64,000 bases of DNA from Heterodontus francisci (GCF_036365525.1 NC_090378.1:123179593-123243592); one strand, 5' to 3'. Numbered from the stretch's first letter, positions 50,701 to 63,113 are shown. The notes: generated by a model from the letters alone, not told the origin. A program made the numbers and translations.

Positions 50701-53700
50701 CACCTCCTGGACTGACACAAACCACAGTTATATATAATATATAATAATGGACACACAGTCCCACCTCCTGCACTGACACATCCCACAGTTATATATAATA
50801 AATAATAATGGACACACAGTCCCACCTCCTGCACTGACACATCCCACAGTTATATATAATATATAATAATGGACACACAGTCCCACCGCCTGTACTGACA
50901 CATCCCACAGATATATATAATAAAGAATAATGGACTCACAGTCCCACCTCCTGCACTGACACATCCCACAGTTATATATAATATATAATAATGGACACAC
51001 TGACCCACCTCCTGTCCTGACACATCCCACAGTTATATATAATATATAATAATGGACACACAGTCCCACCTCCTGTACTGACACATCCCACAGATATATA
51101 TAATAAAAAACAATGGACTCACAGTCCCACCTCCTGTACTGACACATCCCACAGTTATATACAATATATAATAATGGACACACAGTCCCACCTCCTGGAC
51201 TGACACGTCCCACAGTTATATACAATATATAATAATGGACACACAGTCCCACCTCCTGGACTGACACGTCCCACAGTTATATACAATATATAATAATGGA
51301 CACACAGTCCCACCTCCTGGACTGACACATCCCACAGTTATATGTAATATATAATAATGGACACACGGTCCCACCTCCTGTACTGACACATCCCACAGCT
51401 ATATATAATATATAATAATGGACACACAGTCCCACCTCCTGTATACTGACACATCCCACAGTTATATATAATATATAATAATGGACACACAGTCCCACCT
51501 CCTGGACTGACACATCCCACAGTTATATATAATATATAATAATGGACACACCGTCCCACCTCCTGGACTGACACATCCCACAGTTATATATAATATATAA
51601 TAATGGACACACAGTCCCACCTCCTGGACTGACACATCCCACAGTTATATATAATATATAATAATGGACACGCAGTCTCACCTCCTGCAATGACACATCC
51701 CACAGTTATATGTAATATATAATAATGGACACACGGTCCCACCTCCTGCACTGACACATCCCACAGGTATATATAATATATAATAATGGACACGCAGTCT
51801 CACCTCCTGTACTGACACATCCCACAGTTATATGTAATATATAATAATGGACACACGGTCCCACCTCCTGCACTGACACATCCCACAGTTATATATAATA
51901 TATAATAATGGACACACAGTCCCACCTCCTGTAGTGACACATCCCACATTTATATATAATATATAATAATGGACACACGGTCCCACCTCCTGTACTGACA
52001 CATCCTACAGTTATATATAAAATATAATAATGGACACACAGTCCCACCTCCTGGACTGACACATCCCACAGTTATATGTAATATATAATAATGGGCACAC
52101 AGTCCCACCTCCTGTACTGACACGTCCCACATTTATATATAATATATAATGAAGGACACACAGTCACACCTCCTGGACTGACACATCCCACAGTTATATG
52201 TAATAAATAATAATGGGCACACAGTCCCACCTCCTGCACTGACATGTCCCACATTTATATATAATATATAATAAAGGACACACAGTCCCACCTCCTGGAC
52301 TGACACATCCCACAGTTATATATAATATATAATAATGGACACACGGTCCCACCTCCTGTACTGACACATCCCACATTTATATATAATATATAATAAAGGA
52401 CACACTGTCCCACCTCCTGGACTGACACGTCCCACAGTTATATACAATATAAAATAATGGACACACGGTCCCACCTCCTGGACTGACACATCCCACAGTT
52501 ATATATAATATATAATAATGGACACACGGTCCCACCTCCTGCACTGACACATCCCACAGTTATATATAATATATAATAATGGACACAGAGTCTCACCTTC
52601 TGGACTGACACATCCCACAGTTATATATAATACATAATAATGGACACACAGTCTCAACTCCTGTACTGACACATCCCACAGCTATATATAATATATAATA
52701 GTGGACACACAGTCCCACCTCCTGTATACTGACACATCCCACAGTTATATATAATACATAATAATGGACACACAGTCCCACCTCCTGGACTGACACATCC
52801 CACAGTTATATGTAATATATAATAATGGACACACAGTCTCACCTCCTGCACTGACACATCCCACAGTTATATATAATATATAATAATGGACACACAGTCC
52901 CACCGCCTGTTCTGACACATCCCACAGATATATATAATAAAGAATAATGGACTCACAGTCCCACCTCCTGCACTGACACATCCCACAGTTATATATAATA
53001 TATAATAATGGACACACTGACCCACCTCCTGTCCTGACACATCCCACAGTTATATATAATATATAATAATGGACACACAGTCCCACCTCCTGTACTGACA
53101 CATCCCACAGATATATATAATAAAAAACAATGGACTCACAGTCCCACCTCCTGCACTGACACATCCCACAGTTATATATAATATATAATAATGGACACAC
53201 TGACCCACCTCCTGTCCTGACACATCCCACAGTTATATACAATATATAATAATGGACACACAGTCCCACCTCCTGGACTGACAAGTCCCACAGTTATATA
53301 CAATATATAATAATGGACACACAGTCCCACCTCCTGGACTGACACATCCCACAGTTATATGTAATATATAATAATGGACACACAGTCCCACCTCCTGTAC
53401 TGACACATCCCACAGCTATATATAATATATAATAATGGACACACAGTCCCACCTCCTGTATACTGACACATCCCACAGTTATATATAATATATAATAATG
53501 GACACACAGTCCCACCTCCTGGACTGACACATCCCACAGTTATATATAATATATAATAATGGACACACAGTCCCACCTCCTGGACTGACACATCCCACAG
53601 TTATATATAATATATAATAATGGACACACAGTCCCACCTCCTGGACTGACACATCCCACAGTTATATATAATATATAATAATGGACACGCAGTCTCACCT

Positions 53701-56700
53701 CCTGCACTGACACATCCCACAGTTATATGTAATATATAATAATGGACACACGGTCCCACCTCCTGCACTGACACATCCCACAGGTATATATAATATATAA
53801 TAATGGACACGCAGTCTCACCTCCTGTACTGACACATCCCACAGTTATATGTAATATATAATAATGGACACACGGTCCCACCTCCTGCACTGACACATCC
53901 CACAGTTATATATAATATATAATAATGGACACACAGTCCCACCTCCTGTAGTGACACATCCCACATTTATATATAATATATAATAATGGACACACGGTCC
54001 CACCTCCTGTACTGACACATCCCACAGTTATATATAATATATAATAATGGACACACAGTCCCACCTCCTGGGCTGACACATCCCACAGTTATATGTAATA
54101 TATAATAATGGGCACACAGTCCCACCTCCTGTACTGACACGTCCCACATTTATATATAATATATAATAAAGGACACACAGTCCCACCTCCTGGACTGACA
54201 CATCCCACAGTTAGATGTAATATATAATAATGGGCACACAGTCCCACCTCCTGTACTGACACATCCCACAGTTATATATAATATATAATAATGGACACAC
54301 AGTCCCACCTCCTGTACTGACACATCCCACATTTATATATAATATATAATAAAGGACACACAGTCCCACCTCCTGGACTGACACATCCCACAGTTATATA
54401 TAATATATAATAATGGACACACGGTCCCACCTCCTGTACTGACACATCCCACATTTATATATAATATATAATAAAGGACACACAGTCCCACCTCCTGGAC
54501 TAACACGTCCCACAGTTATATATAATATATAATAGTGGACACACAGTCCCACCTCCTGTATACTGACACTTCCCACATTTATATATAATATATAATAAAG
54601 GACACACGGTCCCACCTCCTGTACTGACACATCCCACATTTATATATAATATATAATAAAGGACACACAGTCCCACCTCCTGGACTAACACGTCCCACAG
54701 TTATATATAATATATAATAATGGACACACAGTCCCACCTCCTGGACTGACACATCCCACAGTTATATGTAATATATAATAATGGACACACATTCCCACCT
54801 CCTGTACTGACACATCCCACAGTTATATACAATATAAAATAATGGACACACAGTCCCACCTCCCGCACTGACACATCCCACAGTTATATATAATATATAA
54901 TAATGGACACACGGTCCCACCTCCTGCACTGACACATCCCACAGTTATATATAATATATAATAATGGACACACGGTCCCACCTCCTGCACTGACACATCC
55001 CACAGTTATATATAATATATAATAATGGACACACAGTCTCACCTTCTGGACTGACACATCCCACAGTTATATATAATACATAATAATGGACACACAGTCT
55101 CACCTCCTGTACTGACACATCCCACAGCTATATATAATATATAATAATGGACACACAGTCCCACCTCCTGTATACTGACACATCCCACAGTTATATATAA
55201 TATATAATAATGGACACACAGTCCCACCTCCTGTACTGACACATCCCACAGATATATATAATAAAAAACAATGGACTCACAGTCCCACCTCCTGTACTGA
55301 CACATCCCACAGTTATATACAATATATAATAATGGACACACAGTCCCACCTCCTGGACTGACACGTCCCACAGTTATATACAATATAAAATAATGGACAC
55401 ACAGTCCCACCTCCTGGACTGACACATCCCACAGTTATATATAATATATAATAATGGACACACGGTCCCACCTCCTGCACTGACACTTCCCACAGTTATA
55501 TATAATATATAATAATGGACACACAGTCTCACCTTCTGGACTGACACATCCCACAGTTATATATAATACATAATAATGGACACACAGTCTCACCTCCTGT
55601 ACTGACACATCCCACAGCTATATATGATATATAATAATGGACACACAGTCCCACCTCCTGTATACTGACACATCCCACAGTTATATATAATATATAATAA
55701 TGGACACACAGTCCCACCTCCTGTACTGACACATCCCACAGATATATATAATAAAAAACAATGGACTCACAGTCCCACCTCCTGTACTGACACATCCCAC
55801 AGTTATATATAATATATAATAATGGACACACAGTCCCACCTCCTGGACTGACACGTCCCACAGTTATATACAATATATAATAATGGACACACAGTCCCAC
55901 CCCCTGGACTGACACATCCCACAGTTATATGTAATATATAATAATGGACACACGGTCCCACCTCCTGTACTGACACATCCCACAGCTATATATAATATAT
56001 AATAATGGACACACAGTCCCACCTCCTGTATACTGACACATCCCACAGTTATATATAATATATAATAATGGACACACAGTCCCACCTCCTGGACTAACAC
56101 ATCCCACAGTTATATATAATATATAATAATGGACACACAGTCCCACCTCCTGGACTGACACATCCCACAGTTATATATAATATATAATAATGGACACACA
56201 GTCCCACCTCCTGGACTGACACATCCCACAGTTATATATAATATATAATAATGGACACGCAGTCTCACCTCCTGCACTGACACATCCCACAGTTATATGT
56301 AATATATAATAATGGACACACGGTCCCACCTCCTGCACTGACACATCCCACAGGTATATATAATATATAATAATGGACACGCAGTCTCACCTCCTCTACT
56401 GACACATCCCACAGTTATATTTAATATATAATAATGGACACACGGTCCCACCTCCTGCACTGACACATCCCACAGTTATATAGAATATATAATAATGGAC
56501 ACACAGTCCCACCTCCTGTCGTGACACATCCCACATTTATATATAATATATAATAATGGACACACGGTCCCACCTCCTGTACTGACACATCCCACAGTTA
56601 TATATAATATATAATAATGGACACACAGTCCCACCTCTTGGACTGACACATCCCACAGTTATATGTAATATATAATAATGGGCACACAGTCCCACCTCCT

Positions 56701-59139
56701 GTACTGACATGTCCCACATTTATATATAATATATAATAATGGACACACAGTCCCACCTCCTGGACTGACACATCCCACAGTTATATGTAATATATAATAA
56801 TGGGCACACAGTCCCACCTCCTGTACTGACACGTCCCACATTTATATATATCATATATAATAAAGGACACACAGTCCCACCTCCTGGACTGACACATCCC
56901 ACAGTTATATATAATATATAATAATGGACACACGGTCCCACCTCCTGTACTGACTCATCCCACATTTATATATAATATATAATAAAGGACACACAGTCCC
57001 ACCTCCTGGACTGACACGTCCCACAGTTATATACAATATAAAATAATGGACACACAGTCCCACCTCCTGGACTGACACATCCCACAGTTATATATAATAT
57101 ATAATAATGGACACACAGTCTCACCTTCTGGACTGACACATCCCACAGTTATATATAATATATAATAATGGACACACAGTCCCACCTCCTGGACTGACAC
57201 ATCCCACAGTTATATATAATATATAATAATGGACACACAGTCCCACCTCCTGTACTGACACATCCCACAGCTATATATAATATATAATAGTGGACACACA
57301 GTCCCACCTCCTGTATACTGACACTTCCCACAGTGATATATAATACATAATAATGGACACACAGTCCCACCTCCTGGACTGACACATCCCACAGTTATAT
57401 GTAATATATAATAATGGACACACAGTCCCACCTCCTGTACTGACACGTCCCACAGTTATATACAATATAAAATAATGGACACACAGTCCCACCTCCTGGA
57501 CTGACACATCCCACAGTTATATATAATATATAATAATGGACACACGGTCCCACCTCCTGCACTGACACATCCCACAGTTATATATAATATATAATAATGG
57601 ACACACAGTCTCACCTTCTGGACTGACACATCCCACAGTTATATATAATACATAATAATGGACACACAGTCTCACCTCCTGTACTGACACATCCCACAGC
57701 TATATATAATATATAATAATGGACACACAGTCCCACCTCCTGTATACTGACACATCCCACAGTTATATATAATATATAATAATGGACACACAGTCTCACC
57801 TCCTGTACTGACACATCCCACAGCTATATATAATATATAATAATGGACACACAGTCCCACCTCCTGCATACTGACACATCCCACAGTTATATATAATATA
57901 TAATAATGGACACACAGTCCCACCTCCTGGACTGACACATCCCACAGTTATATATAATATATAATAATGGACACACAGTCTCACCTCCTGGACTGACACA
58001 TCCCACAGTTATATATAATATATAATAATGGACACACAGTCCCACCTCCTGGACTGACACATCCCACAGTTATATATAATATATAATAATGGACACACAG
58101 TCCCACCTCCTGGACTGACACGTCCCACAGTTATATATAATATATAATAATGGACACACGCTCCCACCTCCTGAACTGACACATCCCACAGTTATATATC
58201 ATATAAAATAATGGACACACAGTCCCACCTCCTGGACTGACACATGCCACAGTTATATATAATATATAATGATGGACACACAGTCCCACCTCCTGGACTG
58301 ACACATCCCACAGTTATATATCATATATAATAATGGACACACAGTCCCACCTCCTGGACTGACACATCCCACAGTTATATATAATATATAATAATGGACA
58401 CACAGTCCCACCTCCTGGACTGACACATCCCACAGTTATATATCATATAAAATAATGGACACACAGTCCCACCTCCTGGACTGACACATCCCACAGTTAT
58501 ATATAATATATAACAATGGACACACAATCCCACCTCCTGGACTGACACATCCCACAGTTGTATATAATATATAATAATGGACACACAGTCCCACCTCCTG
58601 GACTGACACATCCCACAGTTATATATAATATATAATAATGGGCACACAGTCCCACCTCCTGGACTGACACATCTCACAGTTATATATAATATATAATAAT
58701 GGACACACAGTCCCACCTCCTGTACTGACACGTCCCACAGTTATATATAATATATAATAATGGACACACAGTCCCACCTCCTGGACTGACACATCTCACA
58801 GTTATATATAATATATAATAATGGACACACAGTCCCACCTCCTGTACTGACACGTCCCACAGTTATATATAATATATAATAATGGACACACGGTCCCACC
58901 TCCTGAACTGACACATCCCACAGTTATATATGTAATATAATTAATGAAGAACGTAAACTGATCAAATTAAACCATGACATTATGTTCACTGTCCACTACA
59001 CCCCCCTGCCCCTGTGGTGCCCACTGCTCATTGAAGGCTTAAGTTGTTCCTCGAACACTCCATGTGCACTTATGAAGAGATGCTGAAAATGTTTTCATTG
59101 AATTGGGATTCCAACTCTCCCGAGCACTGCTGCATGCAG

Positions 59140-59360
59140 CTTAGACACAGCAAGACACAGAAACAGTGAGAGGCAGAGTGTGAGAGAGATACAGACCAAG
59201 GGAGAGACAGAATGAGTGAGAGAAGGTGGGAGAGGGACAGGGAGATATGCGTAGAGGCACAGAGACATGCACGCAGACATTGAGAGAGAGACAGAAGGAA
59301 AGAGACACATCCACACACACACAACGGGAGACACGCAGGCAATGAGAGACAAATACAGAC
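59140..59360. repeat. Degenerate GA/CA-rich low-complexity tract
   Basis: GAGAGAGA/CACACA runs; ends in ACAAATACAGAC, a word also in the 72-bp minisatellite on the far side of the CR1. Confidence 0.7.
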
Positions 59361-61283
59361 TTTGAAAAACAATGATAGAATTATAGAATGGTTACAGCAC
59401 AGAAGAAGGCCATTCAGGCCATCATTTCTGTGCTGGATCTCTGAAAGAGCAATTCACCTCGTGACACTCCGGCACCTTCTCCCCGTCATCCTGCATATCC
59501 TTCCTTTTAGGAGAATAATCCAATTCCCTTTTGAATGCATCAATTGAACATGCCTCCACCACACTCTCAGGCAGTGCATTCCAGATCCGAACTACTCGCT
59601 GTGTGAAAAAGTTTCTCCTCATGTCACCATTGCATCTTTTGCCAATTACCTTACATCTGTGCCGTCTGGTTCTCGATCCTTCCACCAATGGTAATAGTTT
59701 CTCCCTATCTACTCTGTCCAGAGCCCTAATGATTTTGAATACCCCTATCAAATCCCCTCTCAACCTTCTCATCTCCAAGGAAACAGTCCCAGCTTCTCCA
59801 ATTTATCCACATAACTATCCCTGGACCGATTCTTGTGAATCCTTTCTGCACCCTCTCTAATGCCTTCACTTCCTTCCTAAATTGTGGCACCCAGAACTGG
59901 ACACAGTCCTCCAGTTGAGGCTGAACTAGTGTTTTATACAAATTTAACATAACCTCCTTGCTCTTGTACTCTGTGCCCCTATTAATAAAGCCCAGGATAC
60001 TGTATGCTTTATTATCCTCTCTCTCAACCTGTCCTGCCACCTTCAATGACGTCCGCACATATACACTTAGGTCCCTATGCTCCTGAACCCCCTTTAGAAT
60101 TATACCCTTTATTTTATATTGTCTCTCCGCATTCTCTCTACCACATCACCCTTCTCTGCATTTAAATTTCATCTGCCACTTGTCAGCCCATTCCACCAAC
60201 CTGTCCGTATCCTTTTGAAGTTCTACACTATCTTCCTCACAGTTCACAATACTTCCAAGTTTTGTATCTTCTGCAAATTTTGAAATTGTGCCCTGCACAC
60301 CAAGGTTTAGGTCATTAATATATATTAGGAAAAGCAAGGATCCCAACACTGATCCCTGAGGAACTCCACTACAATCCTTCCTCCAGCCTGAAAAACATCC
60401 ATTAACTACTCTCTTTTTCCTGTCAGTCAGCCAATTTTGTATCCATGTTGCTACTGTCCCTTTTATTCCATGAGCTATAACTTTGCTCACCAGTCTGTTG
60501 TGTGGCACTGTGTCAAACACCTTTTGAAAGTCCATGTACACAACATCAACAGCAACAACATTGCCCTCATCAACTCTCTCTGTTACCTCATCAAAAACTC
60601 CAACAAGTTAGTTAAACATGATTTGCCCTGAACAAATCATTGCTGGCTTTCCTTAACTAACTTGCACTTGTCCATGTGACTATTAATCTTGTCCCGAATT
60701 ATTCTTTCTAGAAGTTTCCCCACCACTGAGGTTAAACTGACTGGCTTGACATTGCTGGGCTTATCTTTACACCCTTTTTTTGAACAAGGGTGTCACATTT
60801 ACAATTCTCCAATTCTCTGCCACCATCCCTGAGTTTAACGAAGACTGTAAAATTATGGCCAGTGGCTCTGCAATTTCCACTCTCACTCCCTCAGTATCTC
60901 ATCCGGTCCTGGTGTTTAATCCACTTTAAGTACAGACAGCCTATCCAATAACTCCTCTTTATCAATTTTAAACCCATCTGGTGTCTGAATTACCTTCTCT
61001 TTCACTATGACCTGTGCAGCATCTTCTCCCTTGATAAAGACAGATGGAAAGTATTCATTTCATACCTCAGCCATGCTCCTACCTCCATGTGTAAATCCCC
61101 TTTTTGGTCCCTAATCGCCCCACTACTCCTTTTACCACTCTTTTACTATATACATGCCGATACAAGACTATTAGATCCACTATTGTATTAGCTGCCAGTC
61201 TCTTTTCATACTCTCTCTTTTCTTCCCTTTGCCTTTTAAATTCCCCTCTGAGCCTTCTACATTCAGCCTAGTTCTCGATTGTA

Positions 61284-62001
61284 GGGGGAGGTGATGGTGT
61301 AGTGGTAATGTCACTTGACCAGTAATCCAGAGGCCCAGGCTAATTTTTTTTTTAGAGATACAGCATTGAAACAGGCCCTTCGGCCCACCGAGTCTGTGCC
61401 GACCATCAACCACCCATTTATACTAATCCTACACTAATTCCATATTCCTACCACATCCTCACCTGTACCCAAATTTCCCTACCACCTACCTATACTAGGG
61501 GCAATTGCTAATGGCCAATTTACCTATCAATCTGCAAGTCTTTGGCATGTTTGAGGAAACCGGAGCACCCGGAGGAAACCCACGCAGACACAGAGAGAAC
61601 TTGCAAACTCCACACAGGCAGTACCCAGAATTGAACCCGGGTCGCTGGAGCTGTGAGGCTGCGGTGCTAACCACTGCGCCACTGTGCCGTTCTGGGGACA
61701 TGTGTTTGAATCCCACCATGGCAGATAGTGAAATTTGAATTCAATTAATAAATCTGGAATTAAAAGCTGGTGGAATGGTGACCATGAAACCATTGTCGAT
61801 TGTTGTAAAAACCCATCTGGTTCACTAATGTCCTTCAGGGAAGGAAATCTGCAGGCCTTACCTGGTCTGGCCTTCATGTGACTCCAGACCCACAGCAATG
61901 TGGTTGACTCTTAAATGCCTTCAGTGGGCAATTAGGGATGGGCAATAAATGCTGGCCTAGCCAGTGACGCCCATATCCCATGATCAAATAACAAAAGAAA
62001 A
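61284..62001 (+). mobile_element. tRNA-derived SINE (family unassigned), split by a V-SINE between its A and B boxes
   Basis: A-box TGGTGTAGTGG (~61295-61305); resumes at ~61690 with B-box-like GTTTGAATCCC; body CCCATCTGGTTCACTAATGTCCTTCAGGGAAGG; LINE-like tail GGGCAATTAGGGATGGGCAATAAATGCTGGCC with an A-rich end. Confidence 0.8.
61345..61689 (-). mobile_element. Full-length V-SINE (HE1-like, elasmobranch type)
   Basis: Minus strand: A-box TGGCGCAGTGG, B-box GGTTCAATTC, V-domain CTGTGTGGAGTTTGCAAGTTCTC...GCGTGGGTTTCCTCCGGGTGCTCCGGTTTCCTC, CR1-like tail GGGCCGAAGGGCCTGTTTCAATGCTGTATCTCT plus oligo-A. Confidence 0.88.
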
Positions 62002-62209
62002 TCCACCTGACATTTATCATAAGCAGACTTTTTCTTCTTTATCTTAACCTCTGTCTCTTTTGTCATCCAGGGAGCTCTGGATTTGTTTGCCCCACGTTTC
62101 CCCTTCGTGGAAATACACCTTGGTTTTGCCCGAACTATCTCTTCTTTAAAAGCAGCCCATTGTTCAGTTACAGTTCTCCAATTTATCTGGGTCAGATCCA
62201 TTCTTACCC

Positions 62210-63020
62210 GAAGAGAGAGAGAGACACAGGGGCACACACCGGGAAGTAAACACAGAGAGAGACACACACAAATACAGACGGAGAGACAGACACACACACA
62301 GAGGCACACACCGAGAAGGAAACACAGAGAGAGACACACACACAAATACAGACAAAGAGAGGCACACACAGGGAAGGAAACACAGAGAGAGACACACACA
62401 CAAANNNNNNNNNNNNNNNNNNNNNNNNNNNNNNNNNNNNNNNNNNNNNNNNNNNNNNNNNNNNNNNNNNNNNNNNNNNNNNNNNNNNNNNNNNNNNNNN
62501 NNNNNNNNNNNNNNNNNNNNNNNNNNNNNNNNNNNNNNNNNNNNNNNNNNNNGAGAGAGACACACACACAAATACAGACGGAGAGACAGACACACACACA
62601 GAGGCACACACCGGGAAGTAAACACAGAGAGAGACACACACACAAATACAGACGGAGAGACAGACACACACACAGAGGCACACACCGAGAAAGAAACACA
62701 GAGAGAGACACACACACAAATACAGACAGAGAGAGACACACACACAGAGGCACACACCGAGAAGGAAACACAGAGAGAGACACACACACAAATACAGACA
62801 GAGAGAGACACACACACAGAGGCACACACCGAGAAGGAAACACAGAGAGAGACACACACACAAATACAGACAGAGAGACAGACACACACACAGAGGCACA
62901 CACAGGGAAGGAAACACAGAGAGAGAGAAAGAGAGACACACACACACACACAAATACAGACAGAGAGAGAGAGACACAGTGACAGTGAAAGACAGAGAGA
63001 GTGTGAGAGTGAGTGAGTGA
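62210..63020. repeat. GA/CA-rich minisatellite, ~72-bp unit
   Basis: AAATACAGAC recurs at 62718, 62790 and 62862 (72-bp period); unit approx. GAGAGAGACACACACACAAATACAGACAGAGAGAGACACACACACAGAGGCACACACCGAGAAGGAAACACA. Confidence 0.9.
62405..62552. other. Assembly gap (148 N)
   Basis: Run of N inside the 72-bp minisatellite. Confidence 1.
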
Positions 63021-63033
63021 AACACAGAGCAGA

Positions 63034-63072
63034 GGATATTGTACAGCCCCTGCACTGGAAGCTGTCAGTGTG
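63034..63072 (-). promoter_or_regulatory. V(D)J recombination signal sequence with 23-bp spacer, 5' of a J segment
   Basis: GGATATTGT (63034-63042; consensus GGTTTTTGT, 7/9), exactly 23 nt, then CAGTGTG (63066-63072; consensus CACTGTG, 6/7, essential GTG intact) abutting the J coding sequence. Confidence 0.88.
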
Positions 63073-63107
63073 GTTAACGTTTGGTAAAGGAACCAAGCTC
63101 AGACTGA
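63073..63107 (+). CDS. IGKJ: Germline (unrearranged) immunoglobulin light-chain J segment, LTFGKGTKLRL, probably kappa (type III/NS4-like)
   Basis: G TTA ACG TTT GGT AAA GGA ACC AAG CTC AGA CTG A gives the FGxGTKL J motif, preceded by a 23-RSS and followed by a phase-1 GTAAGT donor. The kappa call rests on the 23-spacer and recalled similarity to shark kappa J (FGKGTKLRL), and is less certain than the J call. Confidence 0.88.
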
Positions 63108-63113
63108 GTAAGT
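63108..63113 (+). other. 5' splice donor GTAAGT opening the J-C intron
   Basis: Perfect consensus donor directly after the J, in phase 1 as expected for Ig domain exons. Confidence 0.85.

Larger units (their letters stand above)
1..58946. repeat. 61-bp tandem satellite array (about 950 monomers, estimated from length; continues beyond the left window edge), interrupted once by an RTE LINE
   Basis: Continuous head-to-tail copies of CCCACAGTTATATATAATATATAATAATGGACACACAGTCCCACCTCCTGTACTGACACAT with point variants and 57/60/63-bp length variants. The last recognisable partial monomer is ...CAGTTATATATGTAATATAATTAATG at ~58921-58946. Confidence 0.98.
59374..62209 (-). mobile_element. Decayed, 5'-truncated CR1-clade LINE (ORF2 linker, RT and 3' UTR), split by SINE insertions at ~61284-62001
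   Basis: Frameshifted fragments MDFQKVFDTVPH, GVPQGSVLGSLLFLIYINDL, KFAEDTKLG (FADD decayed), YKTLVQPQLEDCVQFW, RRLRGDLI, FFTQRVVRIWNALP; 3' tail ATTCTATAATTCTAT at ~59374-59389; linker QWAAFK...APWMTKE...YDKCQVD at 62002-62209. Confidence 0.92.

Noticed and set aside
610-58731. Hundreds of minus-strand ORFs (MSVQEVGLCVHYYILYITVG..., Cys/Tyr-rich)
   Set aside because: Translations of the satellite. The minus strand has one stop per monomer and 61 is not a multiple of 3, so frames run about three monomers; indel variants extend them. No sign of coding constraint.
1-58946. CRISPR-like array, or an RT-plus-repeat system (retron, DGR, telomerase-like)
   Set aside because: There are no unique spacers and no cas or accessory genes. 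The RT is an ordinary RTE LINE with 5' truncation, 3' UTR and TSD, and it interrupts a pre-existing monomer.
58947-59140. Possible V-segment remnant next to the array
   Set aside because: No WYQQ/YYC-type codons, leader, octamer or heptamer-12-nonamer was found on inspection.
61284-61720. tRNA genes suggested by A/B boxes
   Set aside because: These are SINE heads followed by SINE bodies and LINE-like tails; no complete cloverleaf is evident.
59070-63096. Long CV/SL- or HT/RE-rich ORFs and ORFs within the SINEs
   Set aside because: Translations of GA/CA simple repeats, an N gap and SINE bodies; only the CR1-derived stretches are protein-like, and they are pseudogenic.
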